Positions 1 to 13,007 of a DNA stretch of 64,000 nt are shown one piece after another; the stretch's first letter is position 1; every line of letters begins with the position of its first letter. Location: assembly GCF_964213995.1 (NCBI RefSeq), contig NC_135810.1, forward strand, positions 80,290,001-80,354,000, written 5' to 3'. Source of the DNA: Mustelus asterias (Eukaryota). The position numbers were made by a program, and so were the translations under genes. Under the pieces are notes generated by a model. That model had not been told where the DNA came from. It made no database searches and worked only from the letters and a program-made list of their open reading frames with translations.

Positions 1-1760
1 AAGATGAAGCTTGATATAAATCATTAAAATAGTTTATCTTATACGCAGAAAATAAAAACACAGAATACCAGGTGAAGGGAATCCCACTTTCTTCATCAGT
101 ATCATTTCTCACAAATAATAATAAGAAAAAATAAGAAACCATGCACAATAACTGTTTTGTGAGTTAACTTGATTTTGCAATCCGCTTTCTTCCCAGAGAA
201 CTTCTAACGACAAAATATGACCCCTGAATTTTAGCCCTGGAACCCTTTGGTTTGTTCTGAGGAAGCAATCAGATATGTGTATATGTTCTCCAAAGGAATG
301 CTGCTACCAACTTCACAAATCCTTAATAAATAATCCTGTGCTAAAATCTTTGATACATCGTTGGTCTCTTGGGTCCATAACATCTGAGCTCCAGAGCATC
401 ATAGCAGGGGTGGGGAGGAGGAATAACCCAAAAGATGCACTGGGGACCCTTGGAAGCCCCACATGAGGATTGTACAGCGTTTGCCCTGGAAGTTCAGGTG
501 TTCGTTGGGCAATTGCCCTGCGCTGGGAAACATCAGGAACTCCGACTTAAATTGCAAACTTTGGATTGTTCCAACTGTCTGACAGCAATTGTTACCCCAA
601 AAAAGTTAAAAGAATTAAAACCAACTCTAACTCCTGGGCAACTATAGTACGGACCCAACTCACCCCCAACGTGACACCCTCCATGGAAGGCCTGGACTAC
701 CTCACATCTCCCAATGACTACCCCCGACCTCCCCATGGGGCATACTGACCATCCCCCACCCAGCCCTACAACTGTCTCCAATCCCGACTACACCCCCATG
801 TTTCTGACTACCCTTCACCCCCCCCGACTATATCCCATACTCTCAACTACACCCCATCCTCCCAACTACACTCCCCAACCCCAAATACCCTGTGGCCTCC
901 TAAGGGACCCCCGCCGCACCCCAACACCCCACTGAACCTCAGACTATACCCCCACCCCCTGGCTGCCCTCCCCACCCCCTCCGTCTACACACCATTCCTG
1001 ACTGCCCTCCCTGCCCCCTAATTGACTACCCAACCACCCCCACGAACCACCTGAACCCCCTTCTCACACCTCCCCACTGACCACCCACCACACAACCTCT
1101 CCTCACTGGCCACCACCCCCGCCAACAACCGTTCATTCCGCCCCACTGACCATCTCCCTCATGAGTACCTGGTCCCTCCACCGCTGACCCATCCTTCGGG
1201 CCCCACCCCCTCCCCTCATAACCTCACATTCACACTAACAGGCTTAATGTGCAAAACTACCTCCTCCCTGGCTTCTCAAAGTGACCGGACCTTTAAATAT
1301 TTCTGCTTTACAGCAGCTAGTGCCATAAAAAGGAAGCGTGTCTTCCTTACCTTTGACTTGGCTGCACTCAGCTGAAGGCCTCGGGAAGCTGCTGCACCTT
1401 TTTCACCCGGCCTGAGTCGGAAAGGTGTGGTTGCATTTCAGGGTAAATAGGGGCACAGTGACAATGTGATTGTGATTACCACTCCGTGGAATTTATGATG
1501 CCAGATGTCGACTGAGTAAGCACAGGGAGAAGAAAAACACAACACACCTCAGCATGTCCTGTTTGAAAGGCCTGACTGAATACCCAAGAAAGCCTCTTTT
1601 CTCTGAGTATTACCAGGAAGAGGAAGGGCATGGCTCCACTCTTTCCCTTTTCAGGGGTTTGCCAATAGTTCTGCCATCATACTGACAACCTCCTCTTCCA
1701 CCAGTATTGTTGTGTATTGGAGACATGATACACAGGACAGAATTTGGTTGAAAATAAACG

Positions 1761-2141
1761 GAGTTTTTTGAATGGTGTTTGATTTCTTCCATGGCTGCTT
1801 CTTCTCTCGCTGTCTATTACATTATTTGCAGTTCTTACATTAATGCAGCATAGCTCCAGTGAGCCAACAGGAATAAATACAAATGCATAACAAGTAGGGG
1901 TGGCACAGTGGCACAAAGTGCCAGGGACCCGGGTTTGATTCCCAGCTTTGGTCACTTTGGGAATCAAACCCGGGTGCCTGGCACTTTGTGCCACTGTGCC
2001 ACCCCTACTTGTTATGTATTTGTATTTATTCCTGTTGGCTCACTGGAGCTATGCTGCATTAATGTATGAACTGCAAATAATGTAATAGACAGCGAGAGAA
2101 GAAGCAGCCATGGAAGAAATCAAACACAATTCAAAAAGCTC
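1761..2141. repeat. Near-perfect palindrome (184-bp arms, 13-nt spacer)
   Basis: 1761-1944 is the reverse complement of 1958-2141 with about 5 mismatches counted by eye. Confidence 0.95.
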
Positions 2142-2375
2142 TGTGTGGAGTTTGCACATTCTCTCCGTGTCTGCATGGGTTTCCTTTGGGTCTTCCAGTT
2201 TCCTCCCACAGTCCGAAAGTCATGCTGGTTAGGTGTATTGGCCATGCTAAATTCCCCCTCTGTGTACCTGAACAGGTACACTGGAGTGTGGCGACTAAGG
2301 GATTTTCACGGTAACTTAATTGCGGTGTTAGTGTAAGCCTATTTGTGACTAATAAATAAACTTTTACTTTACTTT
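1897..2375 (+). mobile_element. HE1-type V-SINE (alternative-tail subfamily) interrupted by the inverted duplication
   Basis: Head GGTGGCACAGTGG..CCAGGGACCCGGGTTTGATTCCC; body TGTGTGGAGTTTGCACATTCTC resumes at 2142; tail TGTGACTAATAAATAAACTTTTACTTT. Confidence 0.85.
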
Positions 2376-2518
2376 AAGTATGTTCTCATCGGACATCACA
2401 TGCCAGGGATAAATAAATAGAAGCATCCCCAGCTCAAATGATGTTAGTGTTCAATGGAGTCTCTAAACTAACATTTATTGTCTCAAGTACTTTAGTTTAA
2501 ACACCTCAGCTGAATCAT

Positions 2519-2614
2519 AGGCCGGGATTTTCTGGCCCCGTGGTGGCGGCACCCACGTTGGAAGATTTAGCTGGATGATCCTGGTGGCACACATGGCCGT
2601 AAAATTCCAACCCC
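2519..2614. mobile_element. Short Harbinger-like MITE
   Basis: Imperfect TIRs GGCCGGGATTTT / AAAATTCCAACCC, resembling other GGG-TIR elements in the window. Confidence 0.5.
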
Positions 2615-2689
2615 AGTCTATGTTTCCCATTTCTACTGGTGAAATGAGCACTTTGCGAGCTCTATTCACCTTTAGTAGTACCTTTTCTT

Positions 2690-4490
2690 TACCATAAGTA
2701 ACACAAGAATTAGGAGCAGGACTGGGCCATTTGGCCCCTCGAGGCTGCTCCATCATTTTGGCCTCAGCATCAGTTCCTGTTATGGGTGTGAACCTGATTA
2801 CATCACCGGTGAGGGGCGAAGAAAATCGGGAATTATGATCTTGTCAGCGGAGTTCACGGTTTCTGTGTTTCGCCGGATTTTGAGCTCCCACCGTCATTCC
2901 TGCAGACGGAGAGCGCAGGCTCAAGGTTGCTCCCATTATGTCCACTTACTTATTTTCCTATGCAGCTTTGTGCTATCAGCAAATTTAGCTACCCTTTGTC
3001 CCTTCATCCAAGTCATTAATATAGATTGTAAATTGTTGAAGGCCCAGCACTGATCCCTGTAGCACTCCACTAGTTACAGCTCACTAACCCCTTTATCCTA
3101 ACTCTCACCTCCTGTTAGCTAACTCTGCTTTGTGCGTTTACCTCGGGATTTGTGGACATCTTACTTGAGAAGAGATGCTGCTGGAGGCAATGGTCTTGTT
3201 CAAAACCTTTTATTCACATGTTGACTATTTACAAAGGTTAGATAAGATCAAGACCAAACTGGAGCTACTGTCTGAGATGCTTCACTCTCAACCTCTCTCA
3301 GTGAGTAACATCACTGGGTCATGGCTCCCTATGCACATTCTTGGACCTATAATTAGAGTGAACCCTTTACACTAACCCATCCCCTATGCAGGCTAAAACG
3401 TTATCATGTACACTAAAATCATTCCATGCTATCATATGGCAAAAGGAAGGAACCCCAAAACCTAACGAGGAGCCAGGCGCAATGTGTAAATATGGTGATA
3501 AGAAATAGTTGTAGTTAGTGTTTGTGTTCAAATTATTTGGAAAGTATCATACTGTAAAGTTAAAAAATAACCCATAGATTTTAGAATTAATTTTTATGGA
3601 TAGCTGCAGTGTAGTTGATGGAGTTATTGAGCTAAGTCAGTTCTTAAAGTGAAAATAAGAACTTGGGGTAGCCAGTTACAGGCAAGGATTTTTATTTACC
3701 TTTGCAGACTTTACTTATTAAACGTCATGGCAATGAGTTGCTACCTTCTTTCTCCAGAAGAACTTAAGGAGGAGCAGGAGTAAGCCGTGTGACCCTTTGA
3801 GCCTACTCAATCATTCAATAAGATCACCGCTGACCTTCTTCAGCTCCACCTTCCTGCTTTATCCCCACATCCCTTGATACCCTTAGTATCCAAACAATGA
3901 TCGATCTTGAATGTTCTCAAAGACTGAACATCCACAGCTCTCCAAGGCAACTGGTTAACTCCCCCGTCCCTCCTTTCTTGAAAAAGCAGTTACAATTGCT
4001 ACCTGCCAACCGAAAGGGACCTTCCTAGAATCTAGATAATTCTAGAAGACCAGAATTAAGGCACTCACTATCTCTGCAGCCACCATTTTTAAAACCTAAA
4101 ATATATATGTTGTCAGTTCCAGGGGATTTAAAAAAAAAACTTTTAGTTCTATTCATTTCGCCAGTACTGTATGTTGTACGTCTGTAGATTTTGTCAATCA
4201 ACAACAAAGGACATAAGGTGGGTGCAAGATTAAATGTAAGAGATTGAGAACAGAGAACAAGGAAACCTCTTTTCACAGAGAGTGACAAGTATGGAATTAA
4301 TTTCCAGTGGTTAGTAGATGTGACAAAAATTACATCGAGATTCACGAATAGATTGAATAGGAAGATGAATTAAATCGAGTTGAAAGGATATAGGAACAGT
4401 GTTGGTAAATGTGTTGAGGACTATTTTGCTTGTGAGACGCATAAAAACAGTCTGGTTAGCCTTGAATGATCTGTTTCCATGCTGTAACTT
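2690..4490. mobile_element. Cluster of decayed CR1 fragments (about 2690-2780 -, 2930-3120 -, 3760-4160 -, 4210-4490 +)
   Basis: CR1 3' tails such as AGGAGCAGGA..GGCCATT.GGCCC and RT-derived CTATCAGCAAATTT / CCCAGCACTGATCCCTG. Confidence 0.65.
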
Positions 4491-4956
4491 ATATATATTC
4501 CTGTTTAAACAGGAAACACCATACAAAGAAGCTCTTTCTATTTTACTAATCCGTTCTATTGCAGAAGGAAAAATGTGGGTAATACGTGCCTGAACTGTTA
4601 AACTGCACTTCCACTGGGCCAGACTTTTTTATTTCACAGTGATTCCATCTCTTGGAGTTCAATGACAAATTGCATTTTTGCTTTATTATATAGAGTGTCC
4701 ATTAAGAGACCACTATCTTTATTAATCATACAAGAAGCAGTCACATTAGAAGCTTGTTCAGTGTGAAATCTTAGCTGCTCAGAAGGAAATTAAAGTATTT
4801 TCTCAACAACCATATTTGTTGAATAATAGTGTTGTTCATAATATCTTCACCAACATCTGATTTAATTCTGGAGTTGGGCAAAAGGTTTGCACTGAAAACA
4901 TTCTGCTACTGCGCTAAACATCACATGCCACATCTAATTGCCTTTCTTTCTGATAC

Positions 4957-5682
4957 TGGGACCGGGACTTACTGCTCAGGTGAATTCTGAAGCATGACAG
5001 TGAGTGGCATTGTGTGGAGGCAAAGGAGTTTTTGCCCCATGTCGTCTCTTTTCGAGAAGGCCCCCCCTGCATCTTGTCAGGCACTTCACAGACCAGTGGC
5101 GGGTGGGCCTTTCCCCCGGATCAAGGACTATGGGAGCAGCGGTTCAGCCAACTGAGAGCTGCCAGCCAACGTCTGAGCTCAGGAGTGCCACCAAGGAGGC
5201 AGTGGCTGCTGCCAGTACTACACCCATCTGAGGCCTTGAATCAAAAAGGGACCCAGGCACAGGTGGGGGTGGGGTTCACGGGATGGGGTCTCAGGAAAGG
5301 GGGGGACAAAGGGGGTGGCGGGGTAGAGAAGGGGTGGTGAAGGGGGTCAGCAACAAGGGTAAGTGGCTGGTCCCTCAATCAGGAATCGAGTGCCTTGGAA
5401 TGATTAACAATCCCTGGGAGCCCACAATATGCTCCCTGCGTGGCAAGGCACCAGCCCTCCCTCCCACCAGCCCACTGCTAGCTTAATAATAGAGCAGTTT
5501 GATGAGACCCTTAAATGGGCATTAATTCCCTACTGAGGAGAATTTGTGCAGGGCATTCGCCCTCAATCAGGGTGGAGGCAAGAAGTTGGGGTGGATGGAG
5601 AGGGGGGAGGTTCTTCACCTCCCTTCTAATTAAATGCCCCCACCATTAAACCCACCATAGGCAGGGCCATAACATTCCACCC
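4957..5682. mobile_element. GC-rich non-autonomous DNA element (Harbinger-like MITE)
   Basis: Degenerate GGG..ends (GGGACCGGGACTT / AACATTCCACCC) and an internal CCCTTAAATGGGCATTAATT motif shared with similar elements. Confidence 0.45.
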
Positions 5683-5967
5683 AGACTGTGGTTTACCTCT
5701 GGTTAGAGACTCCTGATCTTGGGTTTTCACACATATTAAACACCCAAATTAACCAAAACGAGAGCATGTGGTGTGGTCTGCAGTGCTGAAAGACCATTCA
5801 ATATTTTACTGCAATCAACAAGCTCCTCCATCCAACCTGCCATTTGCAGCACCCCATTTGCAGCACATTCCCCAAGGGTGTAGGTATGTCAGATACTCTG
5901 CAAACATCCTTTTTCTTAAAACCTGCCCAATGAGGTCTTGATCTCCAGGCACTTCAGTCAGGGGATT

Positions 5968-6317
5968 TTTTAAAATTCATTTGTGGGACATGGGCATTGC
6001 TGGCTGGCCAGCATTTATTGCCCATCCCTAGTTGCCCGAGGGCACTTGAGAGTCAACCACATTGCTGTGGCTGTGGAGTCACATGTAGGCCAGACCAGGT
6101 AAGGATGGCAAATTTCCTTCCCGAGTGAACTAGACAGGTTTTTCCAACAATCGACAATGGTTTCATGGCCATCAGTAGATCCTTAATTCCAGATATTTCT
6201 TATTGAATTCAAATTCCACCATCTGCCGTGGCAGGATTCGAACCTGGGTCCCCAGAACATTAGCTGAGTCCCTGGATTAATAGTCTAGCGATAATACCAC
6301 TAGGCCATTGCCTCCCT
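5968..6317 (-). mobile_element. SacSINE1-like tRNA/Deu-domain SINE
   Basis: Minus strand GGGAGGCAATGGCCTAGTGGTATT..GGTTCGAATCC head; tail GGGATGGGCAATAAATGCTGGCC shared with the LINE at 47830-48390. Confidence 0.85.
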
Positions 6318-6494
6318 TACATAAGTGGATCCTCCAACAGCAAAACTTTGCTTCTGACAATCCACATGCAACTGCTCCTGCTCAGTCACGCCCTGCACAT
6401 TATTCAGTGCATCCCTCTCCGCTTCACTGTCTAATTATGCCGGGTAGCTGTCCTTGGTTGATGGTATCTGATGCCAAGTGCTTGCAGAGTAGTA

Positions 6495-6580
6495 GAAATA
6501 AAAATAGAAAGTGTTGGAAATATTCAGCAGGTTTGGCAGCAGCCATGGAGAGACAGATCAATGGCATTTCATCAGAAGTG
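6495..6580 (-). mobile_element. Penelope-like pLTR fragment
   Basis: Similar to 62541-62630 (GGAAATATTCAGCAGGTTTGGCAGC). Confidence 0.55.
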
Positions 6581-7779
6581 CAGTGGAATCTGTTTTTTCT
6601 TCACCAGATAGGCCCAAAGGAAAATAAAAGAGGAAGAGATATGAGGGGGGATTGCTAAGGACCAGATACCGCTTTCAGTATATGTAGTTTGTCGACAGAT
6701 GATGCCCAGTGCAATATTATAAGAAGATAAAGAGAATGCCATGACCTTCTGCAGCTAGCAACTGCCCTCAGGAAAAGAACTCCCATATCCTCGATGGCCA
6801 TCCTCCGCCTTAGATTTGGGGAGCTTTCTCTTTATTGAATTTGAGAGGACACAGTTTCAGTGTTCACCATCTATCACAATTTACTGTCTCTCGCTACTGC
6901 TTTGGGCTATTTTCTTCTTTAAAAAATGTCAGAAAATGAGAAGCCCCTTTCATTGTCCCGAGTACAGTAAAACCTGGGTGTCACCCTGAGAAGGTCATGA
7001 GAGGCACATGCATGCATGCATGATTCAATTAGATTCCGTGGGCTGGATTTTACACTCCCCCCCACTGATGGGTGTTAAGGTGAAGGGGTTGGTCAAATCC
7101 TGTGGGTGGCCCACCAACTACCCACCTGTCCCTGCCCTCACCGCAGTTATACCAGCAGTGGGGAGTGGCAGTGAGCAGCCTGCATGCCTATGGACCAATT
7201 GAGGCCCTTAAGTGGGCAATTCAGGCCAGCCTCCAGCACCCAGGTGGGGTAGATTATGTATGCGTTCAAAAGCCAGTTACGAGAATGACTACATCATTAT
7301 TCCTCCTTTCCACTTTTAAAATATCTTGCCAGACAGTTGATCACAGAGTGAAAATTTCCTTGCCATTTTTAGCCCGTTGGTGGCTTACAAATGCTAAGGA
7401 ATTTTATTAGGCAAGGAAGGCAGGCCAAAATATTTTCTACCCATTCTGTGCTCTTCAAATTCTTCACCTAAGTCGCATCCTTTTTGAGCCTTCCCACAAT
7501 CTGGCCCCTTCTGGCTGTTCCTTCTGATCTAATTGTGTATGTTAGGATGAGGAGCAGTATTGCAGCAGCTGTGAATTTCCTGCATTTAAATGTCTAATAT
7601 GCTCTGGGAAAACTGGACAGCGATACGTTGGACCCAAATGAAAAGCGAGAGGTTTTTAAGCTAGGTTTTGGGAGGTCAATCATCACAGTCCCAAAACATT
7701 GGGTGGGGTTTGCTGGCCCACTGCATTTCCCAAGGCAATTCTGCCATTGCAGAGCTGGAAGATCCCAGCCATTGGTGCA

Positions 7780-8390
7780 GGAGTCCTTCAACCCACTATC
7801 CTGAGCCCAACTATCTGCAACAATGACATTCCCTCATCTGAAGTCAGAACAGAGGCTGTTTGTTAATGATTACAATATTCAGCTCCATTCAAAATTTCTC
7901 CTATGGTAAAGCAGTCCATATCTATATACAGAAAACATTGAACATTATTTAGCGACGGGCCGATAACTGTTAAGTAACATGTGGATCATGCCAGCCTATT
8001 ACTATCTCCAACAATAGAGACCTTAAGCATCTCCCTTGACATTCATGACTTTAGTATCATTCAGCCCCCAACTGTCAACATTCTGGGGTCATCATTGACC
8101 AGGAACCCCATAGACCAGCCATTTAAACACTTTGATAACAGGTCAGAGAGGTCACTGGCTCACTTCCTGACCTCCTGAAGTCTCTCTGCCATCTAAAAGG
8201 TACAAGTCAGGGTAGTGATGGAATTGGCTCCACTTGCCCAGAACAACACTCATGAAAGTTGACACTATCCAAGACAAAGCAGTCTGTTTGATCTTAAACA
8301 TGCACTTCCTCCATTATTGCCGCAGGATTCTTAGCAGTAACTCACCAATGTTTTTTTCAGCAGTACCTGCCAAAGTCATGACTCTGCCAG
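7780..8390 (+). mobile_element. Decayed CR1/L2-group LINE fragment
   Basis: Similar to 47830-48390 (GACACTATCCAAGACAAAGCAG, CAGTAACTCACCAA). Confidence 0.6.
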
Positions 8391-8495
8391 CAGGGTCCAT
8401 GTGCTGAGAATAAATAATAAAAGAAGATGTCAGAGCCCACTCTGCAAGACATGCTTCTCTGGGACAGTTATGACATTCCCTGTGGGTATCCCATT

Positions 8496-9748
8496 GTCAG
8501 CGATAATCATGGAGGAAGAGGAAAAACCTCAGAAATGATTGAAGAGTAAATGTGTTGATTTGGTAAATTGGCTTGCAATCCAATCTTGTCCATTTCCTGG
8601 GGGTGGGCAGGGCTGAGATGCTACAGCAACCTTCAGTCAGCCTTGACTACACTGGGGGGATTGAGTGCTAAAGTATGTCAGTGGGTGCAACATCAGACAC
8701 ATTGCCATGAATCCATAGAATCCCGACAGTGCAGAAAGAGGCCAATCGGCCCATCAAGTCTACACCAACCATAATCTCACCCAGTCCCTATCTCCGTAGC
8801 TCCAGGTATTTAACCTAGCTCATCTCCCTGACAAACTAAATGGCAATTTAGCATGGCCAATCAACCTGACCTGCACATCTTTGGAAGGAAACCGGAGCAC
8901 CTGGAGGAAACCCACACAGACACGGGCAGAACTTGCAAACACAGACAGTGACCCAAGCCGGGAATCGAACCTGGGTCCCTGGTGCTGTGAGGCAGCAGTG
9001 CTAACCACTGTGCTACCATGCCTCCCAGTGCAACAATCTAGTGCAGCTCACCACATGGAATGTGTTGGTCTCAGTGAAGATACTCCTTGAAATAATTCAC
9101 CGTTCCCTTGGTGTGACTGAAAAGGCCCAGTGGGCGTTTACTGTCTTAACCGTTCCACAGGAAATGCTTCTAAAAGTGCAAAACCCACTGCTCAGTGATT
9201 TATGTCAATTTACATTTCAAATCCGCCATCATACTTTGCAAATCAAACAAATAATGATTTCCCTCTACTTAGCCTCGTACATAAATAAATCATTATGTAC
9301 ATCGCTTTGATGGCAGTAAAATAAGTTTTCAATGCAGATTTCTGGAGATAGAGACGTTTGGCTGTTGAAGCAAGAGGCAAGGCGATTGTGCAGAGTATAG
9401 CTGCCTTTGAAAATGGATGGGTTGACTTTAAAATGCAAAACAAAGAGAAAAAAAGAAATGGTATTTTGAGCAGTCACTTGAAAAAAGTAAGTTCAGATAG
9501 AATGGTTGAGAACGGTGCTACATCTGTGCTGGGATGATCTGGAAACAAGCCTATTCCTCCATGATTATCGCTTTAGCACTCAATCCCCCCAATGTAGTCA
9601 AGGCTGACTGAAGGTTGCTGTAGCATCTCAGCCCTGCCCACCCCCAGGAAATGGACAAGATTGGATTGCAAGCCAATTTACAAAATCAACATATGTACTC
9701 TTCAGTCATTTCTGAGGCTTTCCCTCTTCCTCCATGATTATCGCTGAC
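8496..9748. repeat. Inverted duplication 8496-8673 / 9571-9748
   Basis: 178-bp arms are reverse complements with few mismatches; TTCCTCCATGATTATCGCT occurs at 9554-9572 and 9727-9745. Confidence 0.93.
8711..9026 (-). mobile_element. HE1-type V-SINE with CR1 tail
   Basis: Minus strand GTGGTTAGCACTGCTGCCTCACAGC..GGTTCGATTCCCGG head; tail GGGCCGATTGGCC..GGGATTCTATG. Confidence 0.9.
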
Positions 9749-9887
9749 TTTTACCATTCCAACCCAGTTACCAGCACCTCTCAATCTATCATGCAGAAAT
9801 TTCACGCATTTACAATGTGAGCACACCTCTCATTTCTGATCATTTCCTATTTGTGATATGATTTAAACATGAAAATTGCAATGATAT

Positions 9888-10577
9888 TGGGTGCGGTTTT
9901 CCCCCCAAAAATTCAAAGTGTTGAATTTGCGTAAAAACTGAACCCCCCCCCAGCCCCCGGTCCACCTCAATTCCCCCCACCCTGGCAGCCCTGACCGCCC
10001 CCCCCCTCTCCCACTGTCCTGACCACCCCCCACGCAACCCCAACCCCCCTGGCAGGCCAAACCCCCAACCCAGCCCGATGCCCTACCTCTGCTCGCAACC
10101 TCTATGCAGAGTGGCTGCGGGACCCCCCCATCCGTACCGATCTCCCCCCAAAGACCCCGCTCCATTTGATACCGCTCCCTTGGCAGGCCCCTTGGGCAGT
10201 GCCAAGGGGCCATGCTGGCCATGCCAGGCTGGCAATGCTCAGGGGGCACCCCTCTCACTCCCGACCTCCTCGGGGGGCCTCGATGGCCCCCCTTCACTCC
10301 AGTGGGGTTGGCCCGCTTTTGTAAACCCTGCTGGAGTGAAACAGTCCTGGCGGGGGTGAGGGGAGAGGCTAGTGGGCCCAGAGACTTCAGTTCCAGGCTG
10401 CTAATGATATGATAAATGTATTTAAATTTTCAATTGCGTACATTATACAGCTCCGCGCCGATTTCTGATGCAAAGCTGACAGCATTGGAAATCTGGTTGC
10501 CGGAGACTCATGGAGGTCGTGGCGGGAAGCCCACTAAACGGTCTCCACTTGAGTCTCCCGGCAAGCATAGCCCCCAT
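9888..10577 (-). mobile_element. GC-rich Harbinger-like MITE, same family as 46272-47597
   Basis: Shares CTGGAGTGAAAC, GACTTCAGT.CC and GGCAGTGCCAAGG blocks in opposite orientation; GGG-type termini. Confidence 0.7.
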
Positions 10578-10999
10578 TACGTTTCAGACAAATGCATGTA
10601 ATTAAACGAAGCATCAGTTGAATTTCACAAAATGTACAAAATATATATTGAATGATTGAGAGAGTTATTTTCAGACAAAAATATAACGCGCAACGTAATA
10701 GAAGATAAACACTTGACGGCCCTTCACCTAAAATTGCACTGGCACAAAGCTTCCTACTTAAGAAAATGGCAGTGTTTTCAACTCTGGAGACGAGGTGCGT
10801 TGGTGCGCAGGTTAAGTGACGCATTTCCCGCTGGGTGGTGGTGTGGATTATTGTGCCCGCTTTTGTACTTGAAAGCTCATTCATTATGCATCAGTGAGAA
10901 ACACTCCGAATCACACAGGTAGGCAGGCACCTCATGTACCTTGCCGTCACCTACTGGGTCACAGCTCCAGCTGGTCAATTTAAAGGCCACCTGAACACA

Positions 11000-12130
11000 G
11001 ACATGTGGACCAGCGACATTGAAATAGCCCCAAGGAATAAAAAGAGCATTGTGCGAAGGTTTCGCTCTCTAAAAGCTTTGACCATGGAATGCAAGAGCCC
11101 GTGTCTGAGGCACACGGAGGACAGCTGGAAGTCAGGCAGGTGTTGAGTCCGAGTCAGATGCTGAGCTTCTGGAAAGGGCTGTTGAAAGCATGCTGGCAAT
11201 ACAACAGGCAGTGGTACATCAGGCAAAATTGCAGGAGGCAGCGATCAGACCTGAGCGAAGGATGAAGGAGTCTGTCCATGTTCTGGCTGATATCAAGGTT
11301 CCAACACTGAGCTTCTTGAAGTCTCCAAGGGAAACATGGTGGCCACCTTGGAGTCCTTGGTCCAGCAGATTCTGCCAGATTTGCACACGGGCCTGCATTC
11401 CACCACTCCAGGCATAGGTATTATCCGTTAGTGGCCAGGAGAAAGAGGAGTGGGACACCTCAACCCCCCTTCAGATGCTTCTTCTCCTCAAGGGGCAGGC
11501 AGGGGCCCATGGGTACCCAAAGTTTAAGTTTTTTAAGTTTATTTATTAATGTCACAAGTAGGCTTACATTAGCACTGCAATGAATTTATTGTGAAAATTC
11601 CCAAGTCGCCACACTCCGGCGCCTGTTCGAGTACACTGAGGGAGAATTTAGCATGGCCAATCCACCTAATCAGCACATCTTTCGGACTGTGGGAGAAAAC
11701 CAGAGCATCCGGAGGAAACCCACGCAGACACGGGGAGAATGTGCAGACTCCGCACAGACAGTGACCGAAGCCGGGAATTGAACCCACGTCCCTGGCGCTG
11801 TGAGGCAGCAGTGCTAACCACTGTGCCGCCGTGCTGCTCAGGCCATCCACCCAGGTGACTCCACCGAGAGTGTTCAGCTGATCCTATTCTCTTCTGTCTG
11901 TGATCCCCATTACCTCCAGCTCCACAGACCGAGGAGGTTGCACCTGCCTCACAGCAGGAGACCCAAAGCAGGCCAGGGCCCTCCGAGCCTTGACCCTCCA
12001 GATATTATCCACCAATGTTGTCACTGACAACAGTGCGTCATAGTCAGCAGGCTGCTTCTACCTCTGCGTGGATGTTGGTGTGCACCAAGACATAATGGTA
12101 AGGTCCGCAAAATGAAGAAACGTTGCAATC
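11000..12130 (+). pseudogene. Probable decayed 3' part of the Myb/SANT-like partner gene of a Harbinger element
   Basis: Coiled-coil-like peptide MLAIQQAVVHQAKLQEAA..; convergent with the transposase at 13008-14427 as in PIF/Harbinger; no Myb domain visible. Confidence 0.35.
11522..11839 (-). mobile_element. HE1-type V-SINE (alternative-tail subfamily)
   Basis: Same head and body as other copies; minus-strand tail GTAAGCCTACTTGTGACATTAATAAATAAACTT. Confidence 0.9.
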
Positions 12131-12172
12131 ACAATGGGAGCATGGGTGTTCATTCACACATATATATATATA

Positions 12173-12530
12173 TGGGTGGCACGGTGGCACAGTGGTTAGA
12201 ACTGTTGCCTCACAGACTCAGGGACTTGGGTTCGATTCCGACCTTGGGTAGCTGTCTTGAGTTTGCCATGTGAACCATGTTCTCCCGTGTCTGCGTCGAT
12301 TTCCTTCAGGTGCTCCTGTTTTCTCCCACAGTCTAAAGATGTGCAGGTTAGGTGGATTGGCCATGCTAAATTGCCCCTTAGTGTCCTAAGATGGGCAGGT
12401 TAAGGGGATCAGCGGGGTAAATATATGGAGCTATGGGGATAGGGCTTGGGTGGGATGGTCTGTTGGACAGGCAGCAGAGACTCGATGGGCTGAATGGCCT
12501 CCTTCTGCACTGTAGGGATTCTATGATTCG
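12173..12530 (+). mobile_element. HE1-type V-SINE with CR1 tail
   Basis: GGTGGCACAGTGGTTAG head, GGTTCGATTCC B-box, tail GGGCTGAATGGCCTCCTTCTGCACTGTAGGGATTCTATGATT. Confidence 0.9.
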
Positions 12531-13007
12531 TATATATAACCTTTGTAAATACTCCTGTTCATGACAATGATCTCATTATTATAACACATGCATCGATGTG
12601 ACCTTTATTGTGAGGGTGACCCAAGCTCCCACCCTGTGATTGCCTCCCTTTGTGAGCATCAGATACATTTGAAATTTCACACACTCATGTTAGTTACTTG
12701 CCCCTTGTGTAATGTCAGGGAGCTCTGTCCAGCTCTAACCTTAAAGTGTCTGCACATAGAGCTTGGAACTGTTATTCCTTACAAGACACCATAAGGTTAT
12801 GTGTGCTCATGTGCCTTGGAGGGTTACAAATAATGTTGTTTTATCAACAACGGGCTGTCTTCATAGTTTGTTGTAAAGCAGCAGACCTGCAGCCATGATG
12901 CTCTCTCCGGCCATGTGTGCATCTCTGTGGCCACAAGAAGTATCTCCTGCGCAATGTACGGTTACGGGGTTTGGCTGATGTGCTGCTTCTCATTTGCCAC
13001 AGCTGCT

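Noticed and set aside
650-1220. Pro/Thr-rich ORFs in a C-rich stretch
   Set aside because: Degenerate low-complexity repeat (CCCGACTA-like units), likely the interior of a non-autonomous element
3130-3440. Possible solo LTR on the minus strand
   Set aside because: Only a polyA-like signal is visible; no TG..CA ends or TSD could be established
8930-9020. tRNA genes suggested by A/B-box motifs
   Set aside because: All such motifs are SINE heads continuing into V or Deu domains; no complete cloverleaf
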